64,000 nucleotides of DNA from a virus, in the IMG/VR virus record IMGVR_UViG_3300044641_010328, positions 1 through 64,000 of that record; one strand, 5' to 3'. The position numbers and the translations under genes were made by a program. Every line of letters starts with the position of its first letter. The stretch's first letter is position 1. Below, one piece after another: positions 33,773 to 45,000 of this stretch. The notes below the pieces were generated by a model. The model was not told the DNA's origin, ran no database searches, and was given only the letters and a program-made list of their open reading frames with translations.

Positions 33773-36144
33773 TATGCCTCTGGTTGAGATTCTATCATGT
33801 CATATGCAAACTTGATAATTTCGTTGACATTTTTCTTAGTGGATGTTGCTGCCTTTACCTTCTTTCCCTTAGCATCCAGAGACTTCTTGAATGCCTCTGA
33901 CATCGTCTCAAACTGAGCTTCCATTTCTAGTAAGAAGGCTTCTATGTTTTCATTAATTGCTGTCTCAACCTCGGGAGTTTCCATCTCGTCCTTTCTCGCG
34001 CGAGCTGCCAGGATCTTCTCTCCGACAATGTCGAATATTTCTTCTGGGTTTATAGAGCTAAATTTATCAAACGTGAGCTTCTCGCCTTTTTCAAGCTTAC
34101 CCTGGGAAACAAGCGCCTTCTGAATGACTCCTCCGTACTTGCTTATCACATCAATGGATTCCTCATCGATGTAATTCAGTATCAGACGCTTTATCTGAGA
34201 AGGCGAGAGATCTCTCCTCCTAGCCATGATGTTATACTTTGTAGTGAGCTCAACAGTCCTAATTAGAGCGCGAAGCTGCTCATCAGACTCTTTTGTGAAA
34301 AGATACCTGACAGTTGATATCTCATCAAGCCCTAGCGTCTCGTATCTCTTCTCGTCAGCGCTGGTAAGATCTGGCTTTGTTACAAGGTTGAAGAGCTGTG
34401 CGATGTTAGGGACGACCTCGTTGATATCATCACCTGTGTCAGGGCTAGTGATAAGATTCTGGCAGGCTCTGACAATTAAGGATATCCATTCTTTCATTTC
34501 GACCAAGGACAAAAATTTCTTGTAATCTTCCAGTCCCATTGTCTGGTATGTCTCTTCAAAATCTGCCTCGGGATCATCTTCAACAACTCTCTGGAAAACA
34601 AGTTTCGCAATAGGAGTGAAAGCATTGTTGAAGAAGCTTTCAGCAAGAATCTCAGCAGCAGCGCCTGCGAAAGTCTTCGTCACGATCTCGCCTTCTTCAG
34701 TGCCCTCTATGTCCTCGAGATCTGGATCAAGGATGGAAGGCCTACCTCTTGCCATCAACCCAATCTTCTGATATCTGTCTCGCTCTATGTTCTTGGAGAT
34801 CTGATTGATGGTTTCTTCTTGCTCATCTTTTGACATGCTGTTGAAGTCTGATGTGCTCTTTCCAAGCTTCTTTAGCTGCTTCTCGAATGCCGAAGGATCT
34901 TCGCTTTGCATTGCTTCTGCTTCTGCACGAGAAAACTGACTACCTAGATTAGCCTGAAGGGTCGCTGCTCTCTTCTTCTTGTCTTGAGCCTTCTCAGCAG
35001 CAGCATCGAGCTTTCTCTGCTCCTTTTCACCCCTCGCTGTCAAAGCTGCCAAGGCCTTGTCGTGCATGGCGCGGCGTGCTTTGTCAAATTCTGACCGAAA
35101 CGCTGCTTCGTATTCCTGGTCATTAAATGGGAAATTTCTGAGAATATAGTAAACAGTATCCTCTGTGCGACCACCTGGATATTCAGCTGTGACAGCAATT
35201 GGGCCACCCGTGTGAACAATTGGTATCCTGAGCTCCTTCGCTAGATCCGGTCTTGGCGGGCTTGCGAGATCTGTGAATCTGACTCTCCTAACATGTGTTG
35301 GCTCATCCATGCCATCAAGCTTTGCCATCAATGACTCTATATCAATTCCGATCTTTGCATCTTCAAAATTCTTAGGAAGTCCTAGCCCGGACTTCTCAAA
35401 AACATCAAGAACTCTATTTGCATCTCCTGACACGATGTCTGCCATCTCGATCTTTGACTGATCTCTGATTTGACGCATTGCAATCAGATCAGGTGCCATT
35501 GTCCACTTTTGACGCATCGCTTCAAGCTCATCGATCTCGTGAGACTTCAGCCTCTTCCCGCCGATTGAGACAATTGGTGACGAAGCAGCAGTCGCGCGCG
35601 CTGCTGTTTGTGCAAGCTTCTCTGCTTTTCTTTCGTCGCCCTTCTTCTTCGATCTTGGCTTTTTTGGACCCTCGTATCTATCTTTTGTTGGGCCAGAACG
35701 AAACCCAGTATCGGGCTTCTCATCAGAGTCAGAGTCTTCCTCGTCTCCAGCCGGTATAAGGCTTCTTAGGCTTGCCTCTTTGAGCACAATCGGTCTAAGA
35801 ACTTCCATGAGATCTGTCTCACTCATGCCCTTGTATTGTTCGGGGGCCTTTGATTTGCGCACAAGGTCCTTAATTCGAGAATAGAAGTACTGGACCTTTC
35901 CAGGATCAACCTCCTGTGACATCTGTGCTGCTGCCTGAGAGAGCTGCCGCTTGTTTACCGGTAGAAAGTCAGGATCACCTACGGGAACCTTGTCAGCTGA
36001 TAGCTGAGAAGCCATCTGCGCATCTGGTAGCACAGGCCTATCAGTCCCGGCAATCTGTGTCTGGTCTCTGGTGTGAAAGCTTCTTTCTTCTGCCAGGACT
36101 TTTAGGAGCTGCTCAAGTGCTCGCTTCTTGACTACAACCTGCAT
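33772..36144 (-). CDS. Large hypothetical late protein (probable head protein)
   Basis: 790 aa; MQVVVKKRALEQLLKVLAEE; ATATTTA upstream. Confidence 0.75.
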   Translation of the reverse strand: MQVVVKKRALEQLLKVLAEERSFHTRDQTQIAGTDRPVLPDAQMASQLSADKVPVGDPDFLPVNKRQLSQAAAQMSQEVDPGKVQYFYSRIKDLVRKSKAPEQYKGMSETDLMEVLRPIVLKEASLRSLIPAGDEEDSDSDEKPDTGFRSGPTKDRYEGPKKPRSKKKGDERKAEKLAQTAARATAASSPIVSIGGKRLKSHEIDELEAMRQKWTMAPDLIAMRQIRDQSKIEMADIVSGDANRVLDVFEKSGLGLPKNFEDAKIGIDIESLMAKLDGMDEPTHVRRVRFTDLASPPRPDLAKELRIPIVHTGGPIAVTAEYPGGRTEDTVYYILRNFPFNDQEYEAAFRSEFDKARRAMHDKALAALTARGEKEQRKLDAAAEKAQDKKKRAATLQANLGSQFSRAEAEAMQSEDPSAFEKQLKKLGKSTSDFNSMSKDEQEETINQISKNIERDRYQKIGLMARGRPSILDPDLEDIEGTEEGEIVTKTFAGAAAEILAESFFNNAFTPIAKLVFQRVVEDDPEADFEETYQTMGLEDYKKFLSLVEMKEWISLIVRACQNLITSPDTGDDINEVVPNIAQLFNLVTKPDLTSADEKRYETLGLDEISTVRYLFTKESDEQLRALIRTVELTTKYNIMARRRDLSPSQIKRLILNYIDEESIDVISKYGGVIQKALVSQGKLEKGEKLTFDKFSSINPEEIFDIVGEKILAARARKDEMETPEVETAINENIEAFLLEMEAQFETMSEAFKKSLDAKGKKVKAATSTKKNVNEIIKFAYDMIESQPEA

Positions 36145-36180
36145 ATTTTACACCCTTTGTGAGTAAATATATGCACAGAT

Positions 36181-36462
36181 TCAATTGGTGAAATCAGATC
36201 CTGCCTTTCTTGCAGAGAACTTTTGCGTTTTAGATCTCGCCTCTTCCTTGTCTGCTAGATCTCCAAGCGCCCTAATGAGATTTGCTTGGATGAGAGCAAG
36301 TGTTGCGAGTGCACGTGCAAAATCAGCAATCTTTGTCTCAGCTGATTCAATCTTACTGTGGATCTCTCTCTGATTTTCCTCAATCTTCTGAAGCCTATCG
36401 AGGATCAGATTGACACCTGTCAGGTCCATCAGGAGATGTTGCGCACGCTTTGTCAGATTCAT
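36181..36462 (-). CDS. Coiled-coil hypothetical protein
   Basis: 93 aa ORF. Confidence 0.6.
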   Translation of the reverse strand: MNLTKRAQHLLMDLTGVNLILDRLQKIEENQREIHSKIESAETKIADFARALATLALIQANLIRALGDLADKEEARSKTQKFSARKAGSDFTN

Positions 36463-36764
36463 GAATTGTCTCTTAGAGGATTTTCTAACTCTAAGATATC
36501 ATAGATCGCATCTGAATCTGTGTTATCAAGCTTCTTGATCTCTTTTTGCAATTTCTTCCTATTGACAGACTTCAAGATCGCAATCATGTCCGGATGCCCA
36601 GTGCTGACAAGATGTGCAAATTCCTCAAATACTTCCTGCATACTCACTTTGTGCGTAAAGCAAGCAATTCTAAATCCTGCATGCGAGGAAGTTGAAAGGC
36701 TTACGTGAACTGACTTCTTTGTGGCAAAGTCTATTAGAGTCTTCTCTTTTTTTGTTCTTGCCAT
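36459..36764 (-). CDS. Hypothetical protein, ribbon-helix-helix-like
   Basis: KKSVHVSLS...H..FR........SMQEVFE. Confidence 0.55.
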   Translation of the reverse strand: MARTKKEKTLIDFATKKSVHVSLSTSSHAGFRIACFTHKVSMQEVFEEFAHLVSTGHPDMIAILKSVNRKKLQKEIKKLDNTDSDAIYDILELENPLRDNS

Positions 36765-36766
36765 TT

Positions 36767-37315
36767 TTATCCGCCGGCAGTCTTGACTCCTGCGCCTACA
36801 GAGATTGGAACATCGACCATGCGATCCTCTCCCTCAAGTCCAAAATCGTACTGCTGATCAAGGATATCGACCATCTGTTCAACGTAACTCTGCCCATAAT
36901 TTTTCTTCAAAAACTCTGAGGCTCTTGATACAACGACCTCTTCGACCTGCAGAAGCGTTCTTGAATTCATCACAAGTCTTGCAATCTTTTTGGTGAACAT
37001 GTCGATGTCTAGAGGAGGCTTCTCAACCACAGGCTCCTTTGGTGCTTCCTTTGGAGTCTCGCTTCCTGTTGCCGGAGGTGCGCTCTCTTCACCTGCACCC
37101 TCTTCATCCTGCTCAAGGAGGAATCGAAGAGACAGATTGTTGAGAGACTCAAACATCTCTTCTTTTTCTTCTCCCGCATCAATTGATTCCTTCTCGTACC
37201 TGATTATGAGGGCATCTATCTGATCATCAACAGAGTCGGGTGCAGGATCAACCTCCTGCATCATTCCTTCGACTGGTGAGTCAAGATCATCCTGCTCATG
37301 TATGCGACTTCTCAT
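36767..37315 (-). CDS. Acidic hypothetical late protein
   Basis: 182 aa; LRFLLEQ. Confidence 0.7.
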   Translation of the reverse strand: MRSRIHEQDDLDSPVEGMMQEVDPAPDSVDDQIDALIIRYEKESIDAGEEKEEMFESLNNLSLRFLLEQDEEGAGEESAPPATGSETPKEAPKEPVVEKPPLDIDMFTKKIARLVMNSRTLLQVEEVVVSRASEFLKKNYGQSYVEQMVDILDQQYDFGLEGEDRMVDVPISVGAGVKTAGG

Positions 37316-38010
37316 GGTGCTGTCCCCTTGAGAGCAAGTGCGATCTTCTCAGCTCTCTTTATTCTGTCCTCGATGACGCCCCAGTTGAGCTCCTTCATCA
37401 TGGCATAAGTGTATGTCTTAACATCTGAGACATAATCCCTGTAATAGGCGTGTTGCCAGACATCCATGACAATGATGGGAATACAACCAACCGGAACACT
37501 TTGGCTGTGCAGATCGATGAAAGTGTTCATGTAGGTCTGCGTAAAGATGTTGAAATATGTGACTGCCCAACCGCAGCGTGCCGCAAGGCAGCATGCAATA
37601 AAATCAGTCTGCCACTTATCAAAGTCTCCAAAATCACGAGATAGCCTCATGTAGGAGAGCGTGTCCATGGAGATGTTGCTGGTAAGATCGCTGATGTTTG
37701 AGAAGTAAAGCTCGTGTAGGTAGACGCCATTCATGTTGTACGTCTCATCCTGCTTGAGAGATCTGAAAGCAGATCCGTTTGATTTGACATCTCCTCTATC
37801 GACTGTATCAAGCTCTGCGCTTATTCGATTGAAGGCCTCAAGATATCCCAGATATAGACCATTATGTGCCTTTTTTGTGGCAGCGCTCTGGAACTCTGTT
37901 GGCAGATTAAATGTCTTCTGCTGTGCAACCAGCGCCTCGTTGAGATTTTCCCTCTCTCCGAGGTGAAGAGACTCTGCAATAACCTTGCTAATATCTGCGT
38001 TTTTGATCAT
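37312..38010 (-). CDS. sod: Fe/Mn superoxide dismutase with N-terminal extension
   Basis: AH..LY.GY, NGVYLHELYF, DFG.F..W, GWA, MDVWQHAYY.DY. Confidence 0.88.
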   Translation of the reverse strand: MIKNADISKVIAESLHLGERENLNEALVAQQKTFNLPTEFQSAATKKAHNGLYLGYLEAFNRISAELDTVDRGDVKSNGSAFRSLKQDETYNMNGVYLHELYFSNISDLTSNISMDTLSYMRLSRDFGDFDKWQTDFIACCLAARCGWAVTYFNIFTQTYMNTFIDLHSQSVPVGCIPIIVMDVWQHAYYRDYVSDVKTYTYAMMKELNWGVIEDRIKRAEKIALALKGTAP

Positions 38011-38011
38011 A

Positions 38012-38275
38012 CTAGAGTCCCTCGTAGTGTTTGAAGTCCTTCTGCGTGAGGACTATCTCGTTTCCGTCGCCGCTGTGCGCAATTATGCTAATCTTTCCCT
38101 TCAGTATGCGAACATCATCGACTGTGTACGTGAGGCCTGACTTCTTGTGGATGATCTTAAAACCGGGTGTGATTAGAATCTTTTGGTTCTTTCCCTTTCC
38201 GACAGATACTTTCAGTGCTTCCTGAATGTATCTCTTCATCATATCCTGGATGTCATTTCCTGTGATTGTTCTCAT
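38012..38275 (-). CDS. Hypothetical late protein
   Basis: 87 aa; ATAAATA upstream. Confidence 0.65.
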   Translation of the reverse strand: MRTITGNDIQDMMKRYIQEALKVSVGKGKNQKILITPGFKIIHKKSGLTYTVDDVRILKGKISIIAHSGDGNEIVLTQKDFKHYEGL

Positions 38276-38741
38276 CAGCTGAATCCGCCATTATGTTATT
38301 TATCTTCCTTACACGAATTCCTGCCACATTAAGCAGCCCTATGCCACTAGAATCTCTATATTCATCTCTGTAGACGACTTCTGAGATTCCTGCGTTGATT
38401 ATTGCCTTTGCACACATCTTGCAGGGACTCATGCTAATATACATTATCTTCTTCTTCGGGTTGTTATAGTCAAGCTTAATAAGAGCATTAACCTCAGCAT
38501 GAATGAACCCAGACTCTCCTGGATCTGATGATTCACGAGTGTTTGGTCCGCCTGCGTGATCACCGTTATATCCTAGAGCAAGAAGCTGCGTGTTATCGCT
38601 TGTGACTATTATTGAAGCAACCTTGTGAACTGGATCATTTGACCTCTTCTCTATTGTTCCAATGACCTCAATCCAGATTTGGTCCCAGGATGGTCGATGC
38701 TGGTAGGTGTGTCTGAGATCATCTAGAAAATCACTTGCCAT
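38253..38741 (-). CDS. dCMP deaminase
   Basis: RPSWD, GYNG, HAEVNA, SPCKMCAKAIINAGI. Confidence 0.92.
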   Translation of the reverse strand: MASDFLDDLRHTYQHRPSWDQIWIEVIGTIEKRSNDPVHKVASIIVTSDNTQLLALGYNGDHAGGPNTRESSDPGESGFIHAEVNALIKLDYNNPKKKIMYISMSPCKMCAKAIINAGISEVVYRDEYRDSSGIGLLNVAGIRVRKINNIMADSADENNHRK

Positions 38742-39582
38742 TGGCTTCTACCTTGCTATCAAAGATTGTCTCAATATTTGTGTGTGCAGGCAAAGCAAAG
38801 CCTGCAGCCTTGCGGTGACCGCCTCCTCCAAACCTCTTTGCAATTTCGCTTACATCGGAGTCTTCGTGATGTGCTCTCAGACTTACCTTTACCTGCTGCG
38901 TATCGTGATCATAGTACCAGATTACCGCGAAGTCGCACTTAGGAGAAAGTGCAGCACCAATCTCGGACATCCAGTGCGGAGAATTGACAACAAGAACATC
39001 CTTACCTCCCATCTTTCTAGGAGCAGCCTGCTTCGCGATCTTGGAGATCACGGTCTTCGAGTATGCGAGAATGTAGGCGCCGCGCTCCTGCGCACTGTCA
39101 ACCGCCGAATCGTCGAGGTACTTGTCAAACTCCTCGAAGTCATACGGTACCATGTCAAATGCAGCGGAAAACTCCTTGCTGTACGGAATTTCCCAACGCC
39201 AAAGGTCTCGGTCCTCAATGAACTTAATGAGGCGCGGTGCTTCCTTGCCGGGATGGAAGAACTTCCAAGCAAGCATTGCTCCGCTGTGGTTCATGTCGAA
39301 CCGAGTGCAAGTGACATCATGGAGCTCAACAACAGCAGACTTGTGGTGATCGATAATAAGAAGGTTCTTGGCTTCCTTCATCAGTCGTTTTGTTGTCCCG
39401 TTGTCATAGGAGAAGTCGAGAACAACGACATTCTTTCCAGAGACATCTGGAGGTTGCTCTCCGTGCTTTGCTGCGTGATATTCAGCTCTATCTCCTAGCA
39501 GCTTCCAGGCTGAATATGCTGCACCAAATCCATCAGTGCAATTTGCATGGTAGATCACCAGATCGACGCTACCCGGATCCAT
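38731..39582 (-). CDS. DHH/DHHA1 phosphoesterase
   Basis: YHANCTDG, LDFS, IDHH, DRDLW, GGGGHRKAAGF. Confidence 0.92.
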   Translation of the reverse strand: MDPGSVDLVIYHANCTDGFGAAYSAWKLLGDRAEYHAAKHGEQPPDVSGKNVVVLDFSYDNGTTKRLMKEAKNLLIIDHHKSAVVELHDVTCTRFDMNHSGAMLAWKFFHPGKEAPRLIKFIEDRDLWRWEIPYSKEFSAAFDMVPYDFEEFDKYLDDSAVDSAQERGAYILAYSKTVISKIAKQAAPRKMGGKDVLVVNSPHWMSEIGAALSPKCDFAVIWYYDHDTQQVKVSLRAHHEDSDVSEIAKRFGGGGHRKAAGFALPAHTNIETIFDSKVEANGK

Positions 39583-40139
39583 CAGAAATCCTGTACTCGA
39601 TTGTGGTGATTCCAGCACCTTGGTGCGTATAGCTCAGATCCTCCCACAGCTATCTCCTCTAGGTTTTCAACCTTTCGATCTGTGAAATATGCATCTGCTC
39701 CGCATGTCGTACAAACTGCAGAGCACTTCTCAACGTGTGTTGCCCAGGGTAGTATCTCCTTGATCTCAGGAAATACATTGCACGAGGCAGACATCTCAAT
39801 AGAGGCAACCACGACTGTGAACCCTGTCCTGTACAGAGAGATGAGCGCATCAGCAACGCCATCAATCATGAATGCTTCATCAACTGCAATTACATCGGGT
39901 CGTGTCTCTTGTGCAGTCACAAATCTAAGAATATCCTCGCCATTTGATACATTTATTGCAGGAATCTTTCCGCCGTTGTGCGTGCAGATCTCGCTCTCTG
40001 TGTACCTGTCGTCAAGACGGGGCTTGAATGCGAGAATCTTTAAACCCTTGTACCTAAATCTATCGACAAGCGCGATGAGTCGCGTTGTCTTTGAACCCAT
40101 CATTGGGCCTGTAAAGACATGAAAACTTGGGTTGATCAT
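39582..40139 (-). CDS. tdk: Thymidine kinase
   Basis: GPMMGSKTT, VDEAF, CTTCG, VGGSELY.PRC. Confidence 0.92.
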   Translation of the reverse strand: MINPSFHVFTGPMMGSKTTRLIALVDRFRYKGLKILAFKPRLDDRYTESEICTHNGGKIPAINVSNGEDILRFVTAQETRPDVIAVDEAFMIDGVADALISLYRTGFTVVVASIEMSASCNVFPEIKEILPWATHVEKCSAVCTTCGADAYFTDRKVENLEEIAVGGSELYAPRCWNHHNRVQDF

Positions 40140-41131
40140 TTGAGCTTCCACCATTGAAGAGTCCTCTCTAGTCCATCCCAAAATGTGACCTTAGGTACAT
40201 ATCCAAAGTCACGTTGAGCAGCTCCATAATCACCTAGCGTGTGCATAACGTCTCCTTGTCGCCAGGGAGCATTAACAACCTCAATATTCTTGAACTCACT
40301 CATAAGATGCTCAAGAATCTCCTTGTTTGATGTGCGCTGGCCACAGCAAACATTATACCTCTCACCCGTAAACTTTTTAAGTGAAAACGCTGCAAGCACG
40401 TTTGCATCGACGACGTTGTCAACGTAACAAAGATCTCTAGACTGTGTCCCGTCTCCGTCAGACCTCAAGGGCGTTCCAGCCGATATTGCATTGCACCATG
40501 CTGAAACCGCTGTCGAATAGGGTGAATCACCCATCTGTCCCGGTCCAAATACGTTAAAATACCGCAGAAGGACAACATCGAGATCGTATAGCCTGCTGAA
40601 TAGTGCTGAAAAGTCCTCTAGGCATGACTTCTGTAGTGCATAAGGAGACTTTGGACTCTTTGGTTCAGATTCAGACGTTGGCATGACGTCAGCGCCTCCG
40701 TACACTGAGGAGGAGGATGCAGCAACGACTCTTCGTACGTTTCCGACGCACGCCTTGATTAAGATGACATACTTCATAAGATTTTCATCAGTTGTCTCAA
40801 CTGGGTGCTCAACAGAGTAAGACACGCGTGGGACGGCTGCCTGGTGAAAAACGACGTCATATTTCTTCTGATGGATCCTATCAAGCACAACAGGCGACGC
40901 AAAGTCATCCTCTATCACCCAGACCTGACTCGGATTTCTGCTATCAATCTGTGACTCGTAGATTGACACAAGATTTCCAATGAATGTCTTGACATCAAGT
41001 CCAGAAAAATTATCCAGACTTCCATTCACCATATTGTCAACCACGTCTACTGTGTGCCCATCAGCAACTAGACGCTTTACGAGGTTTGAGCCAATGAATC
41101 CGGCTCCTCCCGTCACTAGAACATTTGCCAT
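40136..41131 (-). CDS. NAD-dependent nucleotide-sugar epimerase/dehydratase (extended SDR)
   Basis: TGGAGFIGS, SSSSVYG, YALQK, LRYFNVFGP. Confidence 0.93.
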   Translation of the reverse strand: MANVLVTGGAGFIGSNLVKRLVADGHTVDVVDNMVNGSLDNFSGLDVKTFIGNLVSIYESQIDSRNPSQVWVIEDDFASPVVLDRIHQKKYDVVFHQAAVPRVSYSVEHPVETTDENLMKYVILIKACVGNVRRVVAASSSSVYGGADVMPTSESEPKSPKSPYALQKSCLEDFSALFSRLYDLDVVLLRYFNVFGPGQMGDSPYSTAVSAWCNAISAGTPLRSDGDGTQSRDLCYVDNVVDANVLAAFSLKKFTGERYNVCCGQRTSNKEILEHLMSEFKNIEVVNAPWRQGDVMHTLGDYGAAQRDFGYVPKVTFWDGLERTLQWWKLK

Positions 41132-41164
41132 GATTTAGATTCTCCTGTGCTCCATTCTATCATG

Positions 41165-42037
41165 CTAAGGAACAATGTGTGCACAATTTAGGCACACTTT
41201 GACTCGAATATCTCTAGATTCAAGACCAATCAAATTCTGAGCCTTGAAACCAATGTGAATCAGCGCATCAAGATCTATCTTCAGATTTTTTGGCACGTTG
41301 GTTGATCTGCACACAATGTCAAGGACATCATGCTCTGGTCTATGCATAAATCGAACGTATGATATGCAGCTTGAATTTGCTGTTACAAACCTACGGGATC
41401 CTGCTCCCTGACCCGACTCCATCTCTTTTATGATTCTGTCCATAAGATCATCATTTATCTGCCCGTAATATTCCTCTTCACCTGGCACTGAGAGTGCACC
41501 TGGTCCGAGGTTGTCAGACTGAGATGCAATCACCTCAAACTTCAAATCAAGAGATTCATTTCTCCCTGTGGCAGACAGCGCACTCTCAACATAGTTTGTC
41601 ATCTTTTCTGTGCTTACAAACTCTCTGCTATGAACAATGTCGCGAACCGCCTCGGGATCTGGAATTCCCTTGCATGTAATCACAGAAGGATGGTCTCTCA
41701 GCGCCAGTGATTGTGTGTTGAATGCCTCCCACGTGGTCCGTAGTGAACCAAGGTCGTGCATCTCATCGCCTCTGGCAGCAAACCGCGCTGTAACTGTGCT
41801 CCATTCGGGTGCAAGAAAGACGACAACATTATTCAAATCATCGAGAAACCTGTGAAGCTCGCCGGACTCGTGGCTGTTATCACGGCCAAAGATCTTTGGA
41901 TACACAGCACGACTGATGTGACCCCGATCTCGAATATCATACCTGAAGTTTGTAGACCTGTGAAGTTGTCCGTAGAAAGTTGACTTGCCCGAGAGATCAC
42001 AGCCCTCAAGAACAATCTGCCTTGTTGGTAGCCTCAT
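41165..42037 (-). CDS. dNMP kinase fused to a thymidylate-synthase-like domain
   Basis: N-terminal LEGCDLSGKST...DRGHIS..VY; C-terminal SRR...SCIS..F...CRSTNVPKNLKIDL...CAH. Confidence 0.75.
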   Translation of the reverse strand: MRLPTRQIVLEGCDLSGKSTFYGQLHRSTNFRYDIRDRGHISRAVYPKIFGRDNSHESGELHRFLDDLNNVVVFLAPEWSTVTARFAARGDEMHDLGSLRTTWEAFNTQSLALRDHPSVITCKGIPDPEAVRDIVHSREFVSTEKMTNYVESALSATGRNESLDLKFEVIASQSDNLGPGALSVPGEEEYYGQINDDLMDRIIKEMESGQGAGSRRFVTANSSCISYVRFMHRPEHDVLDIVCRSTNVPKNLKIDLDALIHIGFKAQNLIGLESRDIRVKVCLNCAHIVP

Positions 42038-45000
42038 ACCTGAATCTTCCTCATCTTGTTATTGTTCGTGGAGAATCCCCAGTTCGGATCCTTGCTGACC
42101 TCTGCGATGTAGATCTCGTAGTGGTTAAGTGGCATCTCGCCCCAGATCCGGAGATTGACCGTCTGCATCTCATTATCGCACACCTGTGCCCGAATGAAAC
42201 CTTTACCATTCTTGGTCTTCTTTACATTGAAGTCCTTCACCAGGAACCAGCAGATCCCCTTCTCATTGTCGCCAACCTCAGTGATCGGACCAACCTGTGC
42301 CTTCTTGATCTTGGCGATGATGTCCTCGGGGAACATCAGGTCCTCACGAGAGGTCGAGGTGAGATCGAAGTACATCTTCAGCTTCTCAGATCGAGTCCAA
42401 TCCGGAAGATTCTCGTAGTTCTCAAACAGCTTCCAGAAGGTGACCTCAGGCTGCCGACCTTCCTTGATCAGCTTCTTCATCTCGGTCTTGGTGTATCCGA
42501 ACCGACCGCGCCTGAGGATGTCGTAGTTCTTTTCCTCAGTCAGGGTCGCCAAGAGCTGGCGGTGATTTGTCACCTTGCCGGACTTGAAGTCCTCCAGCGA
42601 TCGAAGCGCCTCGACGCTGCAGAGCGAGGTGAGTGTGGTCTTGTTCACCTTTGAGTGCCTCCAGGCGCCGTCCTCAGTGTACAGCATGGACTCGATCGAG
42701 ATGTAGGGGCGGTTGTCCATGATCTCGGCAACAGCCGTTTCGCCTACTCCCTTGATGGAGGACAGCGGCGGAACGAAGCCCTGCAGTTCGTGGCTGTACA
42801 TCCAGACAAGACCCGAGCTATTGATGTCTGGTGGGTGGATCTTGAATCCCTGCTCCTTGATCTCAGTTGCAACCTTCGCAAGGCCTTCGGGATTAGAGTT
42901 CTCGGACTGGAGGCAGGTGGCAAGCCATTCCTCCTCGTAGTGCTTGTGAAGCCAGGCAGCGTAGTAGGAATCGACAGCATACGATACGGAGTGAGACTTG
43001 TTGAAGCCATATGCAGAGAATGCCTCGATCGTCTCGTAGAGCTCTGTCGCATCCTTGACTGACATGCCGTTCAGGTTCACCGCACCATCAACAAACCGCT
43101 TGCGAAGGTCCTCGCGCTCCTTGGCCTTCTTCTCATTCATGTCCAGAGACTTCTTGACCAGAGTCTTACGCATCTGATCAGATTCACCGGGATTGAAGCC
43201 AGCAAGCTTCTGTGCCAGGAGCATGAACTGCTCCTGGTAGACGACGAATCCGTGTGTCGGCCCGAGGACGTCCTTCAGGATTGGATGCTTATAGGTTGCA
43301 AGCCCCTTGTTCTTGACCTCGACATACTTCTTGTGGACACCGGCAGCGAGTGGACCAGGACGATAGATCGCGGTGATGGCGGACAGGTCCTCGATCGAGG
43401 TGGGCTTCGCCTCGAGGCAGAACTTTCGAGCACCGCTGTTTGTGAACTGGAAGACCTGTGTGAATCGCCCCTCGTGATAGACGTGCTTCCAGACGTCCTG
43501 GTCATCCATCTCGTTGTATCGAATGTTTAGATTCTTGTCGAAGAAGTCCTTGACCTGTGCGAAAGTCGGATCCTTGATGCCATGCCGTGTCTGGAGGACC
43601 ATTCGAATGCAGTCCTCAACCATCTTCAGAAGAGAGAGACCGAGGAAGTCGAACTTGAGGAAGCCGTTCTCCTCGAGATGCCGGAAGTTCATACCTTCAG
43701 ACCAGGGTGTCTGGATCTCACCGCGGACTGAGATGACCGGCATGTGATCCTCAAGCTTTGGGCAGATGAGGACGCCGCCTGCATGCCGGCCAATCGATCG
43801 TGTTTCCATGAAGAGAGACTGGACCTGCTCACAGAGCTCCGGATACTTCTCCATGAAGATCTTGTACTTTTCAGAGTACTTCATGCAGTCAGCGTGAGAC
43901 AGGACGTAGGTGCTCTTTTCCTCGTGGTCACCTAGTGCCCTGTGCATGACATCGTCCTGCAGCGGACCAGTGACCTCGTTCACCTCCTCGAACGGAATAC
44001 CATGGAACTTTGCGATGTCCTTAATCAGGGACTTCAGCTTCAAGGTATTGAAGTTCGAGACCGGAACAACAGAGGCCTCTCCGAATAGCTTGCGTGCCTC
44101 ATCGATTAGAACATCACGATCACCGACGTCAGTGTCGATGTCAGGCCACGCGACCTTGTGGCGACCGAGGAACCGCTCCCACAGGAGGTCGTACTTGATC
44201 GGATCAACCGATGTGATGCCGAGGACGTAGTTGACCAGAGATCCTGCACCCGATCCGCGACCAGGACCGATCAGCGTTCGATGCTGTGCACGGTCGAAGA
44301 CGAAATAGAGAGTGAGGAAGTAGTTCTCGAACTTGAGATACTTGATGTCATCAAGCTCCATCTTCAGTCGTTCGACGTATTCAGGTTTCGTGTGAAGACC
44401 GAGCTCAACAAGACCCTTCTTGCACATGTCAAGGAGCTGGTTGAAGGCAGTCTGCTCGGGCTTGTTAAAGCTCGGAAGCTTTGCAGAGGAATCGAAGGAG
44501 ATCTCCTCACACTTTTCCCAGGCGATGTCATGAGTCCGCTCGATCGACTCCTTGACCAGAAGCTCAGTCCCCTTGTAGAAGTCGTGCTGGTCCTTGTGAG
44601 CAAGGTACTCATCCCACATCTGCTGTGCGTTCTTAGGATACAGCTCGCACTTGAGCTCCTCGAAGGCAGGCAGCGTCTGCTTCTGCATGTCATCAGAGCG
44701 GCCGCCCATACGGCCAAGCTTCTTGTAGAGCTCACGCGCCTGCCAGACGTTCGGGCTGTAGTAGTGAGAATCTGCGGTCGCGATCGTCTTGATGCCGGTG
44801 CGCTTCGACAGGTCAATCAGGTGCTTGTTGGTCGTGTGCTGGATGTCAAGCTTGTTGAACTGGAGCTCGAGGAAGAAGTTGTCGATTCCAACCGCATCGA
44901 CAAATCGATCCGTGTGATTTTGGAGCTCACGCTGGATCTGCTCATGAGGCTTCTTCAGCGCCTCACCGCGAATCGAGGTCGAAGCAAGAAGGCCTCCGAC

